46,609 bases of DNA from an uncultured Muribaculaceae bacterium (GCA_964370085.1 CAYJHI010000002.1:1-46609); one strand, 5' to 3'. Shown: positions 8,251-17,682, counted from the stretch's first letter. Made by a program: numbers and translations. The notes: a model not told the origin generated them from the letters alone.

Positions 8251-10116
8251 ATGAAGACGATTGAAAGAATAGAGAAAGTTCGTAATGATAAGAGATTAGA
8301 ACTTGATCTTAGGGTTAATAATGAAGCTGATACTCGTGAAAAACATATTTTAGTATGTCGTGGTACTGGGTGTACTTCTGCTAAATCTGATAAGATGATT
8401 GATATTTTTAATAAAGTAATTAAGGATAAAAAACTTGATAATGTTCGTGTTGTTCAAACTGGGTGTTTTGGTTTATGTGCTAAGGGACCTATTGTAATTA
8501 TTAGACCTGAGAACACTTTTTATGCAAATGTTTCTTTAGAGGATTGTGAGGAAATAATAAGTTCTCATATTATAAATAATGTAAAGGTAGAGAGACTTCT
8601 TTGTAAAGATATTGATAATAATATAGTAGAAAAATTAGATGAATTGAGCTTTTATAAAAAGCAAATGCGTATTGCTTTAAAGAATTGTGGTGTTATTGAT
8701 CCTGAGGATATTGAAGAATATATTGCTTTTGATGGATATAAGGCTTTATATAAAGTTCTTACTAGTATGAGTGCTTTTGATGTTATTAATGAGATGAAAG
8801 TTTCTGAGTTGTGTGGACGTGGTGGAGCTGGATTTCCTACTGGTATGAAATGGGAATTTGCATTAAAAGAGAAGAGTGATCAAAAGTATGTAGTTTGTAA
8901 TGCTGATGAGGGTGATCCTGGGGCTTTTATGGACCGTAGTATATTGGAGGGTGATCCTCATTCTGTACTTGAAGCGATGATGATAGCTGGATTTACAATA
9001 GGTGCTAATAAGGGATATATTTATGTTCGTGCTGAGTATCCTATTGCAGTGGATAGATTAAAGATTGCTATTAAACAAGCTTATGAGTATAACTTACTTG
9101 GTGAAAATATTTATGGTACTGACTTTTGTTTTGATATAGAAATCCGTTTAGGAGCAGGTGCTTTTGTCTGTGGTGAAGAAACGGCTTTATTAGAGTCAAT
9201 TGAAGGTAGACGAGGGCAACCTAGATTAAAACCTCCTTTTCCTGCTCAAAAGGGATTATGGGGGATGCCAACAATTATTAATAATGTTGAAACTTTTGCT
9301 AATATTGCACAAATTATTTTAAAAGGTGGTAAATGGTATTCATCAATTGGGATAGAAGGATCTCGTGGTACTAAAGTATTTGCTTTAGGTGGCAATGTTG
9401 TGAATGTTGGTCTTGTTGAAGTTCCAATGGGTACAACTTTACGTGAAATTGTTTATGATATTGGTGGAGGTATTCCTAATGGGCATGAGTTCAAAGCTGC
9501 TCAAACAGGTGGTCCATCTGGAGGTTGTATTCCAAAAGAGCATTTAGATACTCCTATTGGTTATCAATCATTAAAAGAAATTGGTTCAATGATGGGTTCT
9601 GGTGGACTTATTGTTATGGATGATAGTAAATGTATGGTTGGTCTGTCTAAGTTTTATTTAGAATTTACAGTGGATGAGAGTTGTGGTAAATGTACACCTT
9701 GTCGTATTGGAACTAAAAGAATGCATGAAATACTAGAAAAAATTTGTAATGGAGAAGGAACACTTGATGATATTACTAAATTAGAAGACCTTTCTAATAT
9801 GATTATTAAAACTAGTGCTTGTGGTTTGGGTCAAACTGCTCCTAATCCAGTTGTTAGTACGCTTCGTTATTTTAGGGATGAGTATGAAGCGCATGTAGTC
9901 GATAAGAAATGTCCTGCCAATGAATGTAAGGCACTTGCTAGGATTGAAGTTATTCCTGAAATGTGTAAAGGTTGTGGAATTTGTCAAAGAAGTTGTCCGG
10001 TTGATGCAATTATTGGTGAAGCTCGTGAACTTAGAGTGATTGATCAAGATAAGTGTATTAAATGTGGCTCATGTATTGGTAGTTGTCCATTTAAAGCGAT
10101 AGGAGGTGGAGTTTAA
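8251..10116 (+). CDS. hydB: [FeFe]-hydrogenase beta subunit, NuoF-like FMN/NAD(P)H-binding iron-sulfur flavoprotein
   Basis: It has an N-terminal thioredoxin-like 2Fe-2S domain (VCRGTGC..GCFGLCAKGP) and a NuoF core (GRGGAGFPTGMKWEF, GEETALLESIEG, ESCGKCTPCRIG). Two C-terminal ferredoxin CxxCxxCxxxCP motifs follow. Confidence 0.9.
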   Translation: MKTIERIEKVRNDKRLELDLRVNNEADTREKHILVCRGTGCTSAKSDKMIDIFNKVIKDKKLDNVRVVQTGCFGLCAKGPIVIIRPENTFYANVSLEDCEEIISSHIINNVKVERLLCKDIDNNIVEKLDELSFYKKQMRIALKNCGVIDPEDIEEYIAFDGYKALYKVLTSMSAFDVINEMKVSELCGRGGAGFPTGMKWEFALKEKSDQKYVVCNADEGDPGAFMDRSILEGDPHSVLEAMMIAGFTIGANKGYIYVRAEYPIAVDRLKIAIKQAYEYNLLGENIYGTDFCFDIEIRLGAGAFVCGEETALLESIEGRRGQPRLKPPFPAQKGLWGMPTIINNVETFANIAQIILKGGKWYSSIGIEGSRGTKVFALGGNVVNVGLVEVPMGTTLREIVYDIGGGIPNGHEFKAAQTGGPSGGCIPKEHLDTPIGYQSLKEIGSMMGSGGLIVMDDSKCMVGLSKFYLEFTVDESCGKCTPCRIGTKRMHEILEKICNGEGTLDDITKLEDLSNMIIKTSACGLGQTAPNPVVSTLRYFRDEYEAHVVDKKCPANECKALARIEVIPEMCKGCGICQRSCPVDAIIGEARELRVIDQDKCIKCGSCIGSCPFKAIGGGV

Positions 10117-11855
10117 TGGTAGAGTTAACGATTGATAATAAGAAGGTTGCTGTTAAGAAAGACTGTACTGTTTTAGAAGCTGCTAGAGAAGCACGTATTG
10201 ATATTCCAACGTTATGTTATTTAAAAGACATAAATGAAGTTGGAGATTGTCGTATGTGTGTTGTGGAAATAGAAAACAAGAGAGGTATGATTCCATCGTG
10301 TGTTCAAAAAGTAGAAGATGGTATGGTTGTTCATACTAATACTGATCAAGTAGTAGAATCAAGACGTATGATGTTAGATCTTATTATTTCTAATCACGAT
10401 CAAGATTGTTTGACTTGTACTCGTTCTGGTAATTGTGAATTACAAGAACTTGCTAAGAAGTTTAATTTAAAAGATATTAGATTTTCTGGGGAAAAGAATA
10501 AATTTGAAATAGATGATTTATCTCCTTCTGTAATAAGAGACTTTAATAAATGTATTTTATGTCGTAGGTGTGTGGCCACTTGTAATAATGTTCAAGGTAT
10601 TGGTACGCTTGCTACTGTTAATAGAGGATTTAACTCTTGTATTTCAACAATTGAAAATAGAAGTTTAAATGATGTTAACTGTACTTTTTGTGGTCAATGT
10701 ATTAAAAGTTGTCCTACAGGGGCGTTGAGAGAAAAAGATACAATTGATGAGGTTATGGAGAAAATTAAAGATCCTAATACTTTGGTATATGTTCAAACGG
10801 CACCTTCGATAAGGGTTGCTCTTGGCGAAGAATTTGGTATGAAAATTGGATCTAATGTTACTGGTAAAATGGTAACTGCTTTAAAAGAAGTTGGATTTGA
10901 TTTAGTATTTGATACTAATGTAGGTGCGGATTTTACAATTATGGAGGAAGCGACTGAATTAGTTGATCGTATTAAAAATAATGGTGTGCTTCCGATGTTT
11001 ACTTCTTGTTCTCCAGCTTGGGTACGTTATATTGAAATGAATTATCCAGAGTTATTACCTCATGTATCTACTTGTAAGTCGCCTCATCAAATGCTAGGGG
11101 CTTTAATTAAAACTTATTATGCAGAAAAGAAGAAAATTGATCCTAAAAAAATCTATAATGTTTCTATTATGCCTTGTACTTCTAAGAAGTTTGAAAGTTC
11201 TCGAAAAGAGATGGCAGTTGATGGACTTAAAGATGTTGATAATGTATTAACTACTCGTGAACTTGCTCGTATGATTAAACAGTGTAATATTGATTTTATG
11301 GAACTTGGAGATAGTGAATTTGATAATCCATTAGAGGAAGCTACAGGAGCGGGTGCGATTTTTGGTACTACTGGTGGTGTTATGGAAGCAGCTTTAAGAA
11401 CTGCTCAGGAATTATTAGGTGATCGTACTAGTGATATTATCTTTAAAGATGTTCGTGGTGGTAAAGGGATTAAGCGTGCTACTGTTACTGTTAAGAAAAA
11501 AGAAATTAATGTTGTTGTAGCCAGTGGTCTTAAAAATGCTCAAGAGATGATGGAAGAAGTTAAGAATGGCACAAGTGATCTACATTTTATTGAAATAATG
11601 GCTTGTCCTGGTGGATGTATTATGGGTGGTGGACAACCTATTGTATCTGCTAAAAAGAGAATGAGTTGTGATGTTCGTAAATTAAGAGCAGATAGTCTAT
11701 ATACAATAGATGAGAAGAGTGCAGTTCGTAAATCACATGAAAATCCAATACTTCGAAAAATATATCGTGAGTATGTTGGAAAACCTGGCGAAGAAAAAGC
11801 GCATAAACTTTTGCACACTCATAATAAAAAAAGAAGTAAATATAATTTGAAATAA
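10116..11855 (+). CDS. hydA: [FeFe]-hydrogenase catalytic subunit (M3-type, CpI-like)
   Basis: It has an N-terminal 2Fe-2S domain, a His-ligated cluster (NHDQDCLTCTRSGNC) and two ferredoxin motifs. The H-domain carries L2 (MPCTSKKFE) and L3 (EIMACPGGCIMGGGQP), but L1 reads TSCSPAW (see findings). The ATG overlaps the hydB stop (TAATG). Confidence 0.92.
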   Translation: MVELTIDNKKVAVKKDCTVLEAAREARIDIPTLCYLKDINEVGDCRMCVVEIENKRGMIPSCVQKVEDGMVVHTNTDQVVESRRMMLDLIISNHDQDCLTCTRSGNCELQELAKKFNLKDIRFSGEKNKFEIDDLSPSVIRDFNKCILCRRCVATCNNVQGIGTLATVNRGFNSCISTIENRSLNDVNCTFCGQCIKSCPTGALREKDTIDEVMEKIKDPNTLVYVQTAPSIRVALGEEFGMKIGSNVTGKMVTALKEVGFDLVFDTNVGADFTIMEEATELVDRIKNNGVLPMFTSCSPAWVRYIEMNYPELLPHVSTCKSPHQMLGALIKTYYAEKKKIDPKKIYNVSIMPCTSKKFESSRKEMAVDGLKDVDNVLTTRELARMIKQCNIDFMELGDSEFDNPLEEATGAGAIFGTTGGVMEAALRTAQELLGDRTSDIIFKDVRGGKGIKRATVTVKKKEINVVVASGLKNAQEMMEEVKNGTSDLHFIEIMACPGGCIMGGGQPIVSAKKRMSCDVRKLRADSLYTIDEKSAVRKSHENPILRKIYREYVGKPGEEKAHKLLHTHNKKRSKYNLK

Positions 11856-11868
11856 ATTATTGCATGTA

Positions 11869-11893
11869 AAAAGAACTATACTGTAGTTCTTTT
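11869..11893. terminator. Bidirectional terminator after hydA
   Basis: AAAAGAACTA-TACTG-TAGTTCTTTT hairpin. It overlaps the stop of the small - strand ORF. Confidence 0.7.
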
Positions 11894-12071
11894 AACTTTG
11901 TTTTCTATAAGGTTTAAACTTCTTTTTGGCTCTATCCTTTTTAATATCTCTGTCAGCATTGTTTGATAACTTAGTATATCCATAATTAGCCAATTGATTT
12001 TTCAACGCAGCTAATTCTGTTATTTCTTTTCCAATTGCTCTTGTTTTTGTTGTATGTGCTTTTGTATTCAT
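11892..12071 (-). CDS. Small basic protein, 59 aa (not in the ORF track; no family recognised)
   Basis: My own translation gives MNTKAHTTKTRAIGKEITELAALKNQLANYGYTKLSNNADRDIKKDRAKKKFKPYRKQS. The RBS is strong (AAAGGAGAAATT before the ATG) and the ORF ends in the bidirectional terminator. It fills an otherwise empty 300-nt gap. Confidence 0.5.
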   Translation of the reverse strand: MNTKAHTTKTRAIGKEITELAALKNQLANYGYTKLSNNADRDIKKDRAKKKFKPYRKQS

Positions 12072-12088
12072 AATTTCTCCTTTAGTAA

Positions 12089-12138
12089 ATATACTAACAT
12101 ATAATTGTTTACTTTGTATACATGTTATGTTAGTATAT
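12089..12138. promoter_or_regulatory. 13-bp perfect inverted repeat (candidate operator) in a divergent intergenic region
   Basis: ATATACTAACATA (12089-12101) and TATGTTAGTATAT (12126-12138) are exact reverse complements, 24 nt apart. The spacer contains the palindrome TGTATACA and -35/-10-like hexamers for the downstream + strand gene. Confidence 0.35.
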
Positions 12139-12158
12139 ATATTATTTAAGGAGCTTAT

Positions 12159-13256
12159 ATGGATAAAAAGACATTTTGTAGATCGGTTAGATTTTTAATG
12201 GATGCTTATGAGGTGAATCATTCCTATACTTGTTGGAAGTATTTTTATTATGATGATTGTTTTGAGCGTGATGTAGTTTCAATTCTTAATCGACGTGATG
12301 ATTATGAAGAATTATATAAATTAGTTAGAGATAATATTGATGGTGATTTATTTACAGAGGAATTTAAAACAAAGTTTCAAAGTATGGATGAAAAGTTTCA
12401 AGAACGTTTAATAGAAAATAATGATAGGATAAAAAAAGAAATATATTGTAGATTAGATAAATATCATCAAAAAGATAAATGGAAACCTACTGTTAAAAAT
12501 TTAGTACTTGGTACTATTATGTTTTCTCCTTTTGTTGGTACTATTTTAGTAGGAGGTTATTCTTCGTTTTTTAGTGATTCTAAAGCTAATATTAATTCTA
12601 AAATGCTAATCTCTGATAATCTTACTTATAAATATGTTACGTATGAGGATGGCGATATTGCTAATCAATATGAGGTTGGTGGCTATAAGATAATAGATGA
12701 TGAGTTATATTGTAATGATGAAGAAGTGGAAGAAGAGAAAAGTACTTTAACGCATTATTCTAAATGGGAAAAAGTTTCGAATGGATATGAAAGAATTAGA
12801 AGTGACTATGAATTTGATGATGTTGTCTTAGATAAGATGATTGATGCTACTAAGACTGATGATATTGAGTTATACAGTGATTTGTTGACCGAAGTTAAAG
12901 TAGGGGATCCTATTGTGGAATTTTCACCAGTGAAACCAGATAATATTAATCAACAAATTATTTTTCAACATAAAAGTATTAATTATGATTTTGCATCTAT
13001 TTCCGAAGAATATAGACATTCAGTTAGAAATCCATTTTTAGTAGGTCTTGGTATTTTAGGTATGGGAGTTTTAATTGAAGGGCTTTGGTTTCTTTTAGTA
13101 GCACTTGCTACTGTGGGTGGAGATGGATTAGAAAGTTTCATAATTAGAGATGATTATGTTAATAAAATTAAAGAGGATCGAAAGAAACTTAAAGATGATT
13201 ATAATGAAGATTATGTTTTTGTAAAAAATAGAAGCGTTAATAAAAAAGATGATTAA
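12159..13256 (+). CDS. Hypothetical membrane protein (N-terminal soluble domain, TM near residue 115-135, TM hairpin near 295-320)
   Basis: 365-aa ORF with the RBS AAGGAG and hydrophobic segments (NLVLGTIMFSPFVGTILVGGY; FLVGLGILGMGVLIEGLWFLLVALATVGG). No family recognised. Confidence 0.6.
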   Translation: MDKKTFCRSVRFLMDAYEVNHSYTCWKYFYYDDCFERDVVSILNRRDDYEELYKLVRDNIDGDLFTEEFKTKFQSMDEKFQERLIENNDRIKKEIYCRLDKYHQKDKWKPTVKNLVLGTIMFSPFVGTILVGGYSSFFSDSKANINSKMLISDNLTYKYVTYEDGDIANQYEVGGYKIIDDELYCNDEEVEEEKSTLTHYSKWEKVSNGYERIRSDYEFDDVVLDKMIDATKTDDIELYSDLLTEVKVGDPIVEFSPVKPDNINQQIIFQHKSINYDFASISEEYRHSVRNPFLVGLGILGMGVLIEGLWFLLVALATVGGDGLESFIIRDDYVNKIKEDRKKLKDDYNEDYVFVKNRSVNKKDD

Positions 13257-13267
13257 ATCGTCTTTTT
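13243..13267 (+). terminator. Probable terminator (hairpin with one G-U pair + T-run)
   Basis: AAAAAGATGAT-TAA-ATCGTCTTTTT. The stem includes the stop codon. Confidence 0.55.
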
Positions 13268-13315
13268 GTTTTTTATAATTGAAAAATGTTTTATAATGTA
13301 GATGAGGTGATATTT

Positions 13316-13975
13316 ATGTTAGATTACTTAGTTAATAATCAAATAATAATTGATTTATATAATGAAGTAGAAGTGTTTGAAAATAGCGATAAGAATGGAT
13401 ATGGGTATCATAATCTTAGACATGCTTATAATGTTGCTAAGATGGTTACTGTTATATTAACTTATTTGAACTTTAGTGAGAAAGAAATAGAAGACTTTCA
13501 ATTAGCAGCTATGCTTCATGATATAGGTGCTTATTGTGGAAAAGAAGGTCATCAACTTAGAAGTTATGAAATGACTAAGAAGATGCTTAGTGATAAACTA
13601 TTTGTTGCTCATAATAAGGATAGAGTTTTGAATGCTATTTTAAATCATAGCGATAGTTTTGATAACGATGATTTAGGTATAGTAGCATTGATTTTTGCGG
13701 ATAAAATAGATATGACTAAGGATAGAGTAGCTCCTGCTGGGAGAATAGTTGAAGGTATTAGAGAATTTCTTCATTTAGATAGTGTTAGTGTGGATATAAC
13801 TGACAGTTCTTTTAATATTTATTTTGAATCAGATGGTAATTGTAATATGAAGGAGTTAAATAATTATTATTTCATACCTAAAATGTTTAAAGCAATTGAA
13901 GCGATTGCTAATAGACTTAATTTGAAACATAATATATATTTTGATAAAAATATTTGGGTTTATAAGTACGAGTAG
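13316..13975 (+). CDS. HD-domain metal-dependent phosphohydrolase
   Basis: The HD signature reads HNLRHAYNVAKMV .. LAAMLHDIGAY .. GHQLRS .. ILNHSD. I place the start at ATG 13316 (GAGGTGA 5 nt upstream). The listed ATG at 13286 has no RBS. Confidence 0.75.
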   Translation: MLDYLVNNQIIIDLYNEVEVFENSDKNGYGYHNLRHAYNVAKMVTVILTYLNFSEKEIEDFQLAAMLHDIGAYCGKEGHQLRSYEMTKKMLSDKLFVAHNKDRVLNAILNHSDSFDNDDLGIVALIFADKIDMTKDRVAPAGRIVEGIREFLHLDSVSVDITDSSFNIYFESDGNCNMKELNNYYFIPKMFKAIEAIANRLNLKHNIYFDKNIWVYKYE

Positions 13976-14022
13976 AATGATTGCTATTGTATATACTAAG
14001 ACAGGTTTTATATTTTAAAATC

Positions 14023-14051
14023 TTGTTTTTTTATAGTTAAAATGTTATAAT
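14023..14051 (+). promoter_or_regulatory. Candidate uvrB promoter (TTGTTT-17-TATAAT, TGT extended -10)
   Basis: TTGTTT at 14023-14028, a 17-nt spacer, then TATAAT at 14046-14051, preceded by TGT. I see no GAAC-N4-GTTC (Cheo/LexA) box. Confidence 0.45.
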
Positions 14052-14074
14052 TTATGCAGTTTATGGGAGGTCTT

Positions 14075-16021
14075 ATGTTTAAATTAGTATCTAAGTTTAG
14101 TCCTAGTGGTGATCAGCCTATGGCTATTGATGAATTGGTTAATGGTATTAATTCTGGTGAAAAGCACCAGGTTCTTTTAGGTGCGACTGGTACTGGTAAA
14201 ACTTTTACAATGGCTAATGTTATTGAAAAGATTAATAAACCTACTTTGATACTTGCACATAATAAGACTCTTGCTGGTCAATTATATTCTGAATTTAAAG
14301 AATTATTTCCGGATAATGCGGTAGAATACTTTGTATCGTATTATGACTATTATCAACCTGAAGCTTATGTTCCTTCCACAGATACTTTTATTGAAAAGGA
14401 TTCTGCTATTAATGATGAAATTGATGAATTAAGGCATGCGGCTACTAGTAATTTATTATCTAGAAAAGATGTTATTGTGGTTGCTAGTGTTTCTTGTATA
14501 TATGGTATTGGTGAAGTAGAAGAGTATTTGCGTAAGATGTTAACTCTTAATGTAGGGGACAGTGTTGATCGTAATAGTGTTTTAGCTAAATTAATTGAGA
14601 TGCAATACGATAGAAATGATTATGATTTTAAACGAGGCACTTTTAGAGTACGTGGTGATATTTTAGAAATTATTCCTACTTATCAGCGTACTAAGGGGTA
14701 CCGTATTGAATTTTTTGGTGATGAGATAGAACGTATTAATGAGATAGATACTTTATCTGGTAATGTTATTGGTGGTAAGAAATCTCTTAGTATCTTTCCT
14801 GCTAGTCATTTCGTTACTAGTGATGAGAAGATGTTAGAGGCAATCAAGCGCATTAAACTTGAACTTGCTGAACGTATTGATGTTCTTACTAAAGAAAATA
14901 AATTACTTGCTCGTGAGAGAATTGAACAGCGTACTAATTATGATTTAGAAATGCTTTCTGAAACTGGTTTTTGTCGTGGGGTAGAAAACTATTCGCGTCA
15001 TATGGCTTTGCGTGGTGAGGGAGAAACTCCTACTACTTTGATGGATTTCTTTGGAGACGATTATTTACTTATTGTTGATGAATCACATGTTACATTACCA
15101 CAAGTGCGCGGTATGTATAATGGTGATAGGGCTCGTAAAATGAATCTTGTTGATTATGGATTTCGTTTGCCAAGTGCTCTTGATAATAGACCTTTGAAAT
15201 TTGATGAATTTAATAAAAAAATTAAACAAGCTGTTTATGTATCTGCGACACCTGGTGACTATGAGTTAGAACTGGTTTCTAATAAAGTTGCACAGCAAAT
15301 TATACGACCTACTGGTTTACTTGATCCTACTATTGAAGTAAGACCAAGTGAAGGACAAATAGATGATTTAGTTGGTGAAATTAGAGATAGAATCGATAGA
15401 AATGAGCGTACTTTAATTACTACTTTAACTATTCGTATGTCTGAAGAATTAACTAACTATCTAAAAGACCTAAATATTAAAGTCGCTTATTTGCATGCAG
15501 AGATTAAAACTTTGGAAAGGCTTCGTATTATTCATGATTTGCGTACAGGTAAGTATGATGTTGTTGTTGGAATTAATTTGCTTCGTGAAGGTATTGATAT
15601 TCCAGAAGTTACTTTGATTGCGATTATGGATGCTGATAAAGAAGGTTTCCTTAGAAGTTCTCGTAGTTTAATTCAAACGATTGGTAGATGTGCTCGTAAT
15701 AGTAATGGTCATGTAATTATGTATGCAGATAAAATGACGGATAGTATGAATTTTGCGATTAAAGAAACAAAGCGTCGTCGTGAGATACAAGAAGAATATA
15801 ATAAAGTTCATAATATTACGCCAACTACTGTTAAGAAAGAAATTCGCGATGTTATTAGTAATAATGTTGATGAGAAGACGACTGCTAAAAAGATTAGTAA
15901 ACAAGAAAAAGCAGCGATAATAGATACGATTGAAGTAGAAATGAGAGAAGCTGCTAAGAACTTAGATTTTGAACGTGCAATGGAACTTCGTGATATATTG
16001 TTGGAAATGAAGAGTGAGTAA
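14075..16021 (+). CDS. uvrB: Excinuclease ABC subunit B
   Basis: It carries SGDQP, a Walker A motif (GATGTGKT), DESH, and a C-terminal UVR motif ([11 protein letters not shown]). The start is ATG 14075, after GGGAGG. Confidence 0.97.
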   Translation: MFKLVSKFSPSGDQPMAIDELVNGINSGEKHQVLLGATGTGKTFTMANVIEKINKPTLILAHNKTLAGQLYSEFKELFPDNAVEYFVSYYDYYQPEAYVPSTDTFIEKDSAINDEIDELRHAATSNLLSRKDVIVVASVSCIYGIGEVEEYLRKMLTLNVGDSVDRNSVLAKLIEMQYDRNDYDFKRGTFRVRGDILEIIPTYQRTKGYRIEFFGDEIERINEIDTLSGNVIGGKKSLSIFPASHFVTSDEKMLEAIKRIKLELAERIDVLTKENKLLARERIEQRTNYDLEMLSETGFCRGVENYSRHMALRGEGETPTTLMDFFGDDYLLIVDESHVTLPQVRGMYNGDRARKMNLVDYGFRLPSALDNRPLKFDEFNKKIKQAVYVSATPGDYELELVSNKVAQQIIRPTGLLDPTIEVRPSEGQIDDLVGEIRDRIDRNERTLITTLTIRMSEELTNYLKDLNIKVAYLHAEIKTLERLRIIHDLRTGKYDVVVGINLLREGIDIPEVTLIAIMDADKEGFLRSSRSLIQTIGRCARNSNGHVIMYADKMTDSMNFAIKETKRRREIQEEYNKVHNITPTTVKKEIRDVISNNVDEKTTAKKISKQEKAAIIDTIEVEMREAAKNLDFERAMELRDILLEMKSE

Positions 16022-16839
16022 TGAAGAAGAGATTTAAACATATTTATATAGAGATTACGAATAAATGTAATCTCTCTTGTTCTTTTTGTTCCCCTGTTAC
16101 TAGAAAATTAGAGTATATCAGTGTTTCTTCTTTTGAAGAAATTATTAGAAAAGTAGAACCTTATACTTCTACTGTCTATCTGCATGTTAAAGGAGAACCT
16201 CTTACACATCCTAACTTAGAAGAACTGCTTCTAATTACTAAACGTTATAATTTGTGGGTTAATATAACAACTAATGGAACTTTACTTAAAGATAAAGGTA
16301 CTTTATTTAATAAATTTCCTAATGTTAAGAAGTTTAATATATCTCTTCATAGTGAGAATAATAATAGTAATTACTTAGAGGATATTTTTAAATTTGTTAA
16401 ATCTTTAAAAATAACTCCTACTATTGTATATCGTTTTTGGACAGAGTTTCCACAAGAATATGTGGATTGCCTTAAATTAGAGTATAATTTATCAACTGAT
16501 ATTGTGGATAAAATTTATAATTGCAAGAATACTAAAATTAGTCTTAATACTTTTGTGGATAAAGATGAGGAATTTGTTTGGCCATCTATTGAAAATAATT
16601 ACTATAATGAAGTTGGTTTTTGTTATGCTCTTAAATCACATATTGCGATATTAGTAGATGGAACTGTAGTGCCTTGTTGTTTAGATAGTGATGGATTTAT
16701 TAAACTTGGTAATATATTCGAAGATGATTTGGACGCTATTTTAAATAATGATAAAATTACTAGTATTATATTGGGTTTTAGAAACAGGAAAGTTATAGAA
16801 GAATTATGTAAACATTGTAGTTTTAAAAATAAATTTTAA
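16021..16839 (+). CDS. Radical SAM protein with C-terminal SPASM/twitch-like Cys-rich domain
   Basis: The CX3CX2C motif is ITNKCNLSCSFC, and the C-terminal segment reads GTVVPCCLD..LGNI..CKHCSF. The ATG shares its A with the uvrB TAA stop (TAATG). Confidence 0.8.
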   Translation: MKKRFKHIYIEITNKCNLSCSFCSPVTRKLEYISVSSFEEIIRKVEPYTSTVYLHVKGEPLTHPNLEELLLITKRYNLWVNITTNGTLLKDKGTLFNKFPNVKKFNISLHSENNNSNYLEDIFKFVKSLKITPTIVYRFWTEFPQEYVDCLKLEYNLSTDIVDKIYNCKNTKISLNTFVDKDEEFVWPSIENNYYNEVGFCYALKSHIAILVDGTVVPCCLDSDGFIKLGNIFEDDLDAILNNDKITSIILGFRNRKVIEELCKHCSFKNKF

Positions 16840-16868
16840 TTGTAAATTTTCGTCGTTTAGGATATAAT
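16840..16868 (+). promoter_or_regulatory. Candidate promoter TTGTAA-17-TATAAT
   Basis: TTGTAA at 16840-16845, a 17-nt spacer, then TATAAT at 16863-16868. It sits immediately after the radical SAM stop. Confidence 0.45.
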
Positions 16869-16892
16869 GTTAATAGAGGATTGAGGTGTTTT

Positions 16893-17645
16893 ATGGACAA
16901 AAATATTGATCAAAAAAAGAGTAATAGTAAGATTTGGGTGATAGTTCTTATTCTGTTATCATTAACTTTAATTGGTGGTGGATTTTATTTAGTATTAACT
17001 ACTGCTGATAATAGTGAAAATAATTCTGAGGTAGAAGTAGTTGATAAAGAGGAGGTTCGTAATTTAATAGATTTAGCTGTTGCTAATATTAATGATTTAA
17101 ATTCTTATGTTGTTGATTATAATATGCATTCTAGTCTAATTGTAGAAGGTGAAGAACAGTCTATTAGTATGTCAGGTGGTCTTGATGTAGATTATTCTAG
17201 TGAGATTAATCATATGTGGTTGAGTATGTTCATGCTTGGACAAGAAATGGAAATGGAAAGTTATACTGTTGTTGAAGAAGGAATTACTTATACTTATACA
17301 ACTGATTTTATAAATGGGTGGAGTAAAGCAGAGGGAGAATCTTCAACATCTATAAATACTAATGAAATGGTTGCGTTAATTGACTCTAACGAGTTTGAAG
17401 TTGTAAAAGAGGACGATATTTATACTGTTACTTTGATGGTTGACGCTTCGCAGATTGATACAACTGGTAATCCTGACTTAGAGGGTGTGAAAATACCGTA
17501 TGTTTTTACAATTGAAAATGAATATATTACTTCTATTGTAGTTAATTTAGAAGAGGCAGATTATATTCTTGGTATTGAAATTTATTATAGTAGATTCAAT
17601 GAAGATTTAGAGTTAGAAGTTCCTGTAGAAGCATTAAATTCTTAG
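16893..17645 (+). CDS. Membrane-anchored extracytoplasmic protein (hypothetical; LolA/LppX-like fold is only a guess)
   Basis: It has an N-terminal signal anchor (KIWVIVLILLSLTLIGGGFYLVL) followed by an acidic soluble domain. The start is ATG 16893, after GAGGTG. Confidence 0.6.
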   Translation: MDKNIDQKKSNSKIWVIVLILLSLTLIGGGFYLVLTTADNSENNSEVEVVDKEEVRNLIDLAVANINDLNSYVVDYNMHSSLIVEGEEQSISMSGGLDVDYSSEINHMWLSMFMLGQEMEMESYTVVEEGITYTYTTDFINGWSKAEGESSTSINTNEMVALIDSNEFEVVKEDDIYTVTLMVDASQIDTTGNPDLEGVKIPYVFTIENEYITSIVVNLEEADYILGIEIYYSRFNEDLELEVPVEALNS

Positions 17646-17646
17646 T

Positions 17647-17673
17647 AGAAAAGTGAGATACTTTTCTTTTTTT
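17647..17673 (+). terminator. Rho-independent terminator
   Basis: AGAAAAGT-GAGAT-ACTTTTCT hairpin followed by a T-run. Confidence 0.75.
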
Positions 17674-17682
17674 GTGGTATAA
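17674..17682 (+). promoter_or_regulatory. Extended -10 element (TGGTATAAT) for uvrA
   Basis: TGGTATAAT lies directly after the terminator and 20 nt before the uvrA ATG. The -35 is poor. Confidence 0.4.

Noticed and set aside
13976-14074. Search for LexA/Cheo boxes (GAAC-N4-GTTC) upstream of uvrB, uvrA and the DinD-like gene.
   Set aside because: None was found. The only near match is a half-site (GTTCG at 43312-43316). I cannot claim SOS regulation, and its absence is also not proven, because LexA motifs vary.
16021-16839. Radical SAM gene as a hydrogenase maturase (HydE/HydG).
   Set aside because: At 272 aa it is too short, it has a SPASM-like rather than a HydE/HydG C-terminus, and it is coupled to uvrB rather than to the hyd operon. 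No hydF GTPase is in the window.
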